From NCBI GenBank assembly GCA_965215185.1, contig OZ244034.1, positions 2,688,001 to 2,752,000 of the forward strand: a stretch of DNA of 64,000 bases. Direction: 5' to 3'. The stretch comes from Acidimicrobiia bacterium (GTDB lineage: Bacteria > Actinomycetota > Acidimicrobiia > Spongiisociales > ZC4RG35). A program made the translations under genes and the position numbers. The notes beneath the pieces were generated by a model that saw only the letters and a program-made list of their open reading frames with translations, was not told where the DNA came from and did no database searches. Below are positions 60,611 through 64,000 of this stretch, piece after piece; the stretch's first letter is position 1, and the number at the start of each line of letters is the position of its first letter.

Positions 60611-60718
60611 TATTACACAAAATATTTGTGTAATAGGGGGGCCTTGCCGCCGGGGTCGGCTTTTCAATGGAAAATGTGGTGAATTTGTTGAGTTGCAGCC
60701 ATTTTTATTACACAAAAT
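60611..60718. repeat. AT-rich cluster of three TATTACACAAA sites (palindrome plus distal copy)
   Basis: TATTACACAAA-ata-TTTGTGTAATA at 60611-60635; TATTACACAAAAT again at 60706-60718. Confidence 0.9.
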
Positions 60719-60730
60719 TGTTTCGTTGTC

Positions 60731-60880
60731 CTTCTGGAGGGACTAGAACTCTGGCCACCACCTTTGTGAGGGTGCCTTCCGGTCGTCTTTTTTGAGCGCG
60801 GTGCTGTCTGTTGCCATGCCAGTGGCCACTTTGCTCCCATTTTGGCGTTCTCACCTCGGAACTCATTCTTTGGATATGGA
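60731..60880 (+). pseudogene. Decayed copy of the promoter and 5' end of the downstream MFS gene
   Basis: Aligns with 62707-62863; about 80% identity in the core by hand, with frameshifting gaps. Confidence 0.85.
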
Positions 60881-60977
60881 TCATTGAGGACATGAGGGCT
60901 CATATCGCTGGTACCGGTGGGTTCAGCGCCACTCGGTCCGCTAGGTGTCCCTCTTTCAACCAGCCCTAGGTCAGCTC

Positions 60978-62498
60978 CTAGCCGTCTGGACCGGGACCAT
61001 CAGGCAGTCGGACCGTCCACTCGTCCCCACGGGGATCGAGCAGGCACTCCGCGTCGCTCGGACCCCACGAACCGGCCGGGTAGGAAACGGGGCTGATCCC
61101 GGCCTGGAGTATCGGCGTGTAGAGCCGCCAGGCCTGTTCCACCTCGTCGGAGCGAACGAACAGCGTCCGGTCGCCGGTCATGACGTCGTAGAGCAGTGTC
61201 TGGTAGGCGTCGGGAAGACTCCCGAAGGCTTCCTCATAGGCAAAGGCCAGAGACTTCGTACCCAACTGGGGATGATCGGAAGGCACCTGTACATCGAATA
61301 AGAGATCGAACCCCTCGTCGGGCTGGAGTCTGAAATACAGGACGTTGCCTTGGTGCCGACGCCGCTTGAAGGACTTGAACAGCGGTACCGGGGGCTCACG
61401 GAAGGTCACCGCTATCTGGGTGAGGCGGTTGGAAAGCCGCTTGCCGGTGCGCAGGTAGAAGGGGACCCCCTGCCAGCGCCAGCTGTCGATGAACACCCGT
61501 AGGGCGGCGTAGGTTGCGGTGATCGTGTCGTCGCTCACTCCCTGCTCCTCCTGATAGCCTTGCACCGGATTTCCGCTGGCTCGGCCCGCGGTGTATTGAC
61601 CCAGTACCACGTCATCGGGACCCAAAGGCCGGATGGATTGGAGCACCTTCACCTTCTCGTCCCGGATAGCCTCGGCATCAAAAGAGACCGGGGGTTCCAT
61701 CGCCACCAAGCTGAGCAACTGGGTCAGGTGGTTCTGGACCATGTCCCTCAACGCTCCCGAACGGTCGTAGTAGCTGGCCCGATCGCCGATTCCGACTTCT
61801 TCGGCCACCGTGATCTGAACATTCTCGATACGATCCCGGTTCCAGACCGACTCAAAAAGCGGGTTAGCGAATCGGAACACCAGAAGGTTCTGCACTGTCG
61901 CCTTCCCGAGGTAGTGATCAATCCGGTAGATCTGGCTCTCTTCGAAACTCTCGTGGAGGACCGCGTTCAGCGCCACAGCAGAGTCGAGGTCGGTACCGAA
62001 GGGTTTTTCGACCACGAGGCGGGTCCATCCCGCGCTATGGGCGAGACCGGATGCCCCCAAGCCCCTTACCGTCCGGGAAAACGCCGCAGGTGGCAGGGCC
62101 AGGTAGAAGATCCGGTTGCCGGAGAGATTGTATGCCGCCTCGATTTGCTCGATCCGCCGGTGCAGCGTTTTGTACGCGGCTGCCCCGCCACCGGCGAGCG
62201 TCTGGTAGTGCACCACCTTGTCGCACCACTCACCAGCATCGGCATACGTCTGGTCCAGTTGTGCCTGTCCCAGGGAGATACCTTCGACAGCGGCCCGCGA
62301 CAGCTCCCGGAAGTCCTCGTCGTCCAACTGTGACCGACCTACTCCCAGCATCACGAAGCGGTCGGCTAGGTCGTATTGTCGGACCAGGCGATAGAGGGCT
62401 GGGGCCAGCTTCTTACGATAGAGATCACCGGTGGCGCCAAACACGACCAGCAAGTGACGGTCTACCGCCCCGGCCCCGGCGACCGGTGGGGATTCCAC
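60978..62498 (-). CDS. zwf: Glucose-6-phosphate 1-dehydrogenase
   Basis: GATGDL, VEKPFG, RIDHYLGK, DMVQNH, RWQGVPFYLRTGK. Confidence 0.97.
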   Translation of the reverse strand: MESPPVAGAGAVDRHLLVVFGATGDLYRKKLAPALYRLVRQYDLADRFVMLGVGRSQLDDEDFRELSRAAVEGISLGQAQLDQTYADAGEWCDKVVHYQTLAGGGAAAYKTLHRRIEQIEAAYNLSGNRIFYLALPPAAFSRTVRGLGASGLAHSAGWTRLVVEKPFGTDLDSAVALNAVLHESFEESQIYRIDHYLGKATVQNLLVFRFANPLFESVWNRDRIENVQITVAEEVGIGDRASYYDRSGALRDMVQNHLTQLLSLVAMEPPVSFDAEAIRDEKVKVLQSIRPLGPDDVVLGQYTAGRASGNPVQGYQEEQGVSDDTITATYAALRVFIDSWRWQGVPFYLRTGKRLSNRLTQIAVTFREPPVPLFKSFKRRRHQGNVLYFRLQPDEGFDLLFDVQVPSDHPQLGTKSLAFAYEEAFGSLPDAYQTLLYDVMTGDRTLFVRSDEVEQAWRLYTPILQAGISPVSYPAGSWGPSDAECLLDPRGDEWTVRLPDGPGPDG

Positions 62499-62744
62499 TA
62501 TTTGTACTTCCTACTGAAGGTTTGTTTTCGCTTAATTTCGGGCCTACCTGGTTGAATCGTGGATGGAAAAAACTTCACAACTCGAAAAGAAACGCCCTTG
62601 TGGCACATGGTAGAGCCCGGTAACCGCCGTTCGCTAGTCGCGTGTTGTTGGGAAGGGATTTGCGGTGAAAGAGAGGCCGGTCCCGGCCCGTTGCCCTGGG
62701 TTGACTCTTCTGGAGGAAGGGACGGTGGTCGCTACCTTAGGAGG

Positions 62745-63896
62745 GTGCGTTCCCGACGTCTTTTCTTGGGCACGGTGCTGGTTGTTGCCATGGCGGCTGC
62801 CACCTTTGCTCCCATAGTATTTGGGGTTCTCGCCTCGGAACTTATCTCTTCCTTGGGTATTGAACGTTGGCAGGTGGGGATGCTGGTAACCGCTTCCACT
62901 TTGGGGGGAGCGTTTCTTTCTTTATGGCTGGGCAGAGGGGCTGACATGGTCGGTGGGAGACGGGCAATCATTGCCACTCTGATGGTTGCGGGTCTCTCCT
63001 TGCTTTGGATCGGAATAGCTCCGGGGTTCGTCTTTATGTCCATCGCGGCATTTTTCGCCGGGATAGCATCGGCTTCCTCCAATCCGGCCACCAACAAGCT
63101 CATTTCTACAGAATTCGCCTCGGGGAGTCAGGGGCTGATTGTCGGAGTAAAGCAATCAGGCGTACAGATAGGGGTATTCCTAGGGGGTTGGCTGCTGCCG
63201 GTGTTCACCATTTGGTGGGGATGGCGATGGGCGGTTATACCTTTCGCGGTGGCGCCGCTGGTTATGGCGGGACTCTATTCAATGGTGACGACACACGTTG
63301 AAACTGTTGAGAGCGATACGGCCGATACACCATCGGGTCACCTGCCCAAGTTGATCTACCGCCTGGCGGTATATGGGTTCATGATGGGGACAGGCATGTC
63401 TGTGATTCTCACCTATCTGCCACTTTACGCGGAAGAGGTCTTGGGGATGAGTCGAGAGGCCGGTGGTTTGGCGGTGGCGGTTACGGGTCTAACAGGGATT
63501 GTTGCCCGGCTCGGTTGGGCGAATCTGGCTGAAGGTCGCCTTGGGTCGATGCGGAGCCTGAGGATCATTGCCTTGCTGGCGGTGATCACGGGAGTCGTCC
63601 TGACCTTGGCGGACCAGTTGGGCGCCTGGTCCATCTGGGTGGCGTCGGCGCTGACCGGTCTCAGCGGCAGCGCCTGGAATGCGGTGGGAATGCTGGCCAT
63701 CATCCGGACACTCCCGACATCTCTGGCGGGTAGAGGTTCAGGAGTGGTGCTGTTTGGTTTCTTGGGCGGTCTGAGTATGGGTGCTCCCCTGGTGGGATGG
63801 TCGGTGGATGTCTTGGGGACGTACACGCCGGGTTGGCTGGCTATCACCGCTTTATTCGCGGTCAGTTTCTTTGTTATAGACATGGACCGCAGGTAA
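62745..63896 (+). CDS. MFS transporter
   Basis: About 12 TM helices, motif A GRGADMVGGRR, NPATN..GVKQSG; TACCTT-AGGAGG before GTG. Confidence 0.92.
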   Translation: MRSRRLFLGTVLVVAMAAATFAPIVFGVLASELISSLGIERWQVGMLVTASTLGGAFLSLWLGRGADMVGGRRAIIATLMVAGLSLLWIGIAPGFVFMSIAAFFAGIASASSNPATNKLISTEFASGSQGLIVGVKQSGVQIGVFLGGWLLPVFTIWWGWRWAVIPFAVAPLVMAGLYSMVTTHVETVESDTADTPSGHLPKLIYRLAVYGFMMGTGMSVILTYLPLYAEEVLGMSREAGGLAVAVTGLTGIVARLGWANLAEGRLGSMRSLRIIALLAVITGVVLTLADQLGAWSIWVASALTGLSGSAWNAVGMLAIIRTLPTSLAGRGSGVVLFGFLGGLSMGAPLVGWSVDVLGTYTPGWLAITALFAVSFFVIDMDRR

Positions 63897-64000
63897 CTGT
63901 CCCGGCGGCTCGGCATGGCCCTCGCCGATGTCCGTTTGGTCGAGGCGGGGGTTTTATTGCGAACGCAGACGGGCTTTCAAACAGTGTCGGCCGTGTTAGG

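Noticed and set aside
62563-62580. Rex-like operator upstream of zwf
   Set aside because: Only one half-site (TTCACAA) is good; the other matches 4/7.
1-64000. tRNA, rRNA, intact transposase/integrase, defence systems
   Set aside because: None recognised by eye; a covariance-model and HMM scan would be needed to exclude them fully.

Overview
GC-rich chromosomal window, most likely from an actinobacterium of class Acidimicrobiia (inferred from gene content: bS22, DUF3151, Rv2466c-like DsbA, HhH-GPD-like protein, LigC, Cys-containing SLH-like repeats). Most of it is housekeeping and catabolic genes: dnaX tail, recR, trpB2, proC, two bcp, pheA, form II coxSLM, ppdK, clpB, thrB, kbl, mmsA, zwf, transporters, CoA-dependent catabolism. 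I found no rRNA, tRNA, CRISPR array or intact transposase/integrase. The unusual signals are between the genes. (i) A decayed copy of the MFS gene 5' end lies about 2 kb upstream of the intact gene, so zwf sits between two direct copies, as a cupin gene does between the two bcp copies. (ii) A Fic gene is cut exactly at an AT-rich TATTACACAAA repeat cluster, and a second probable Fic remnant sits where ybaB normally lies. (iii) An amidohydrolase with two altered metal ligands shares a symmetric 35-bp divergent promoter with a creatininase. (iv) An SDR gene has a 210-bp self-mosaic made only of insertions, probably a consensus artefact. (v) Also: a ferredoxin apparently starting at ATT, an uncalled 46-aa membrane ORF, an amber-interrupted GYD-repeat ORF, a 9x FN3/SLH surface protein and an orphan promoter with a candidate sRNA. 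All assignments come from motif recognition and hand alignment; no searches were run.
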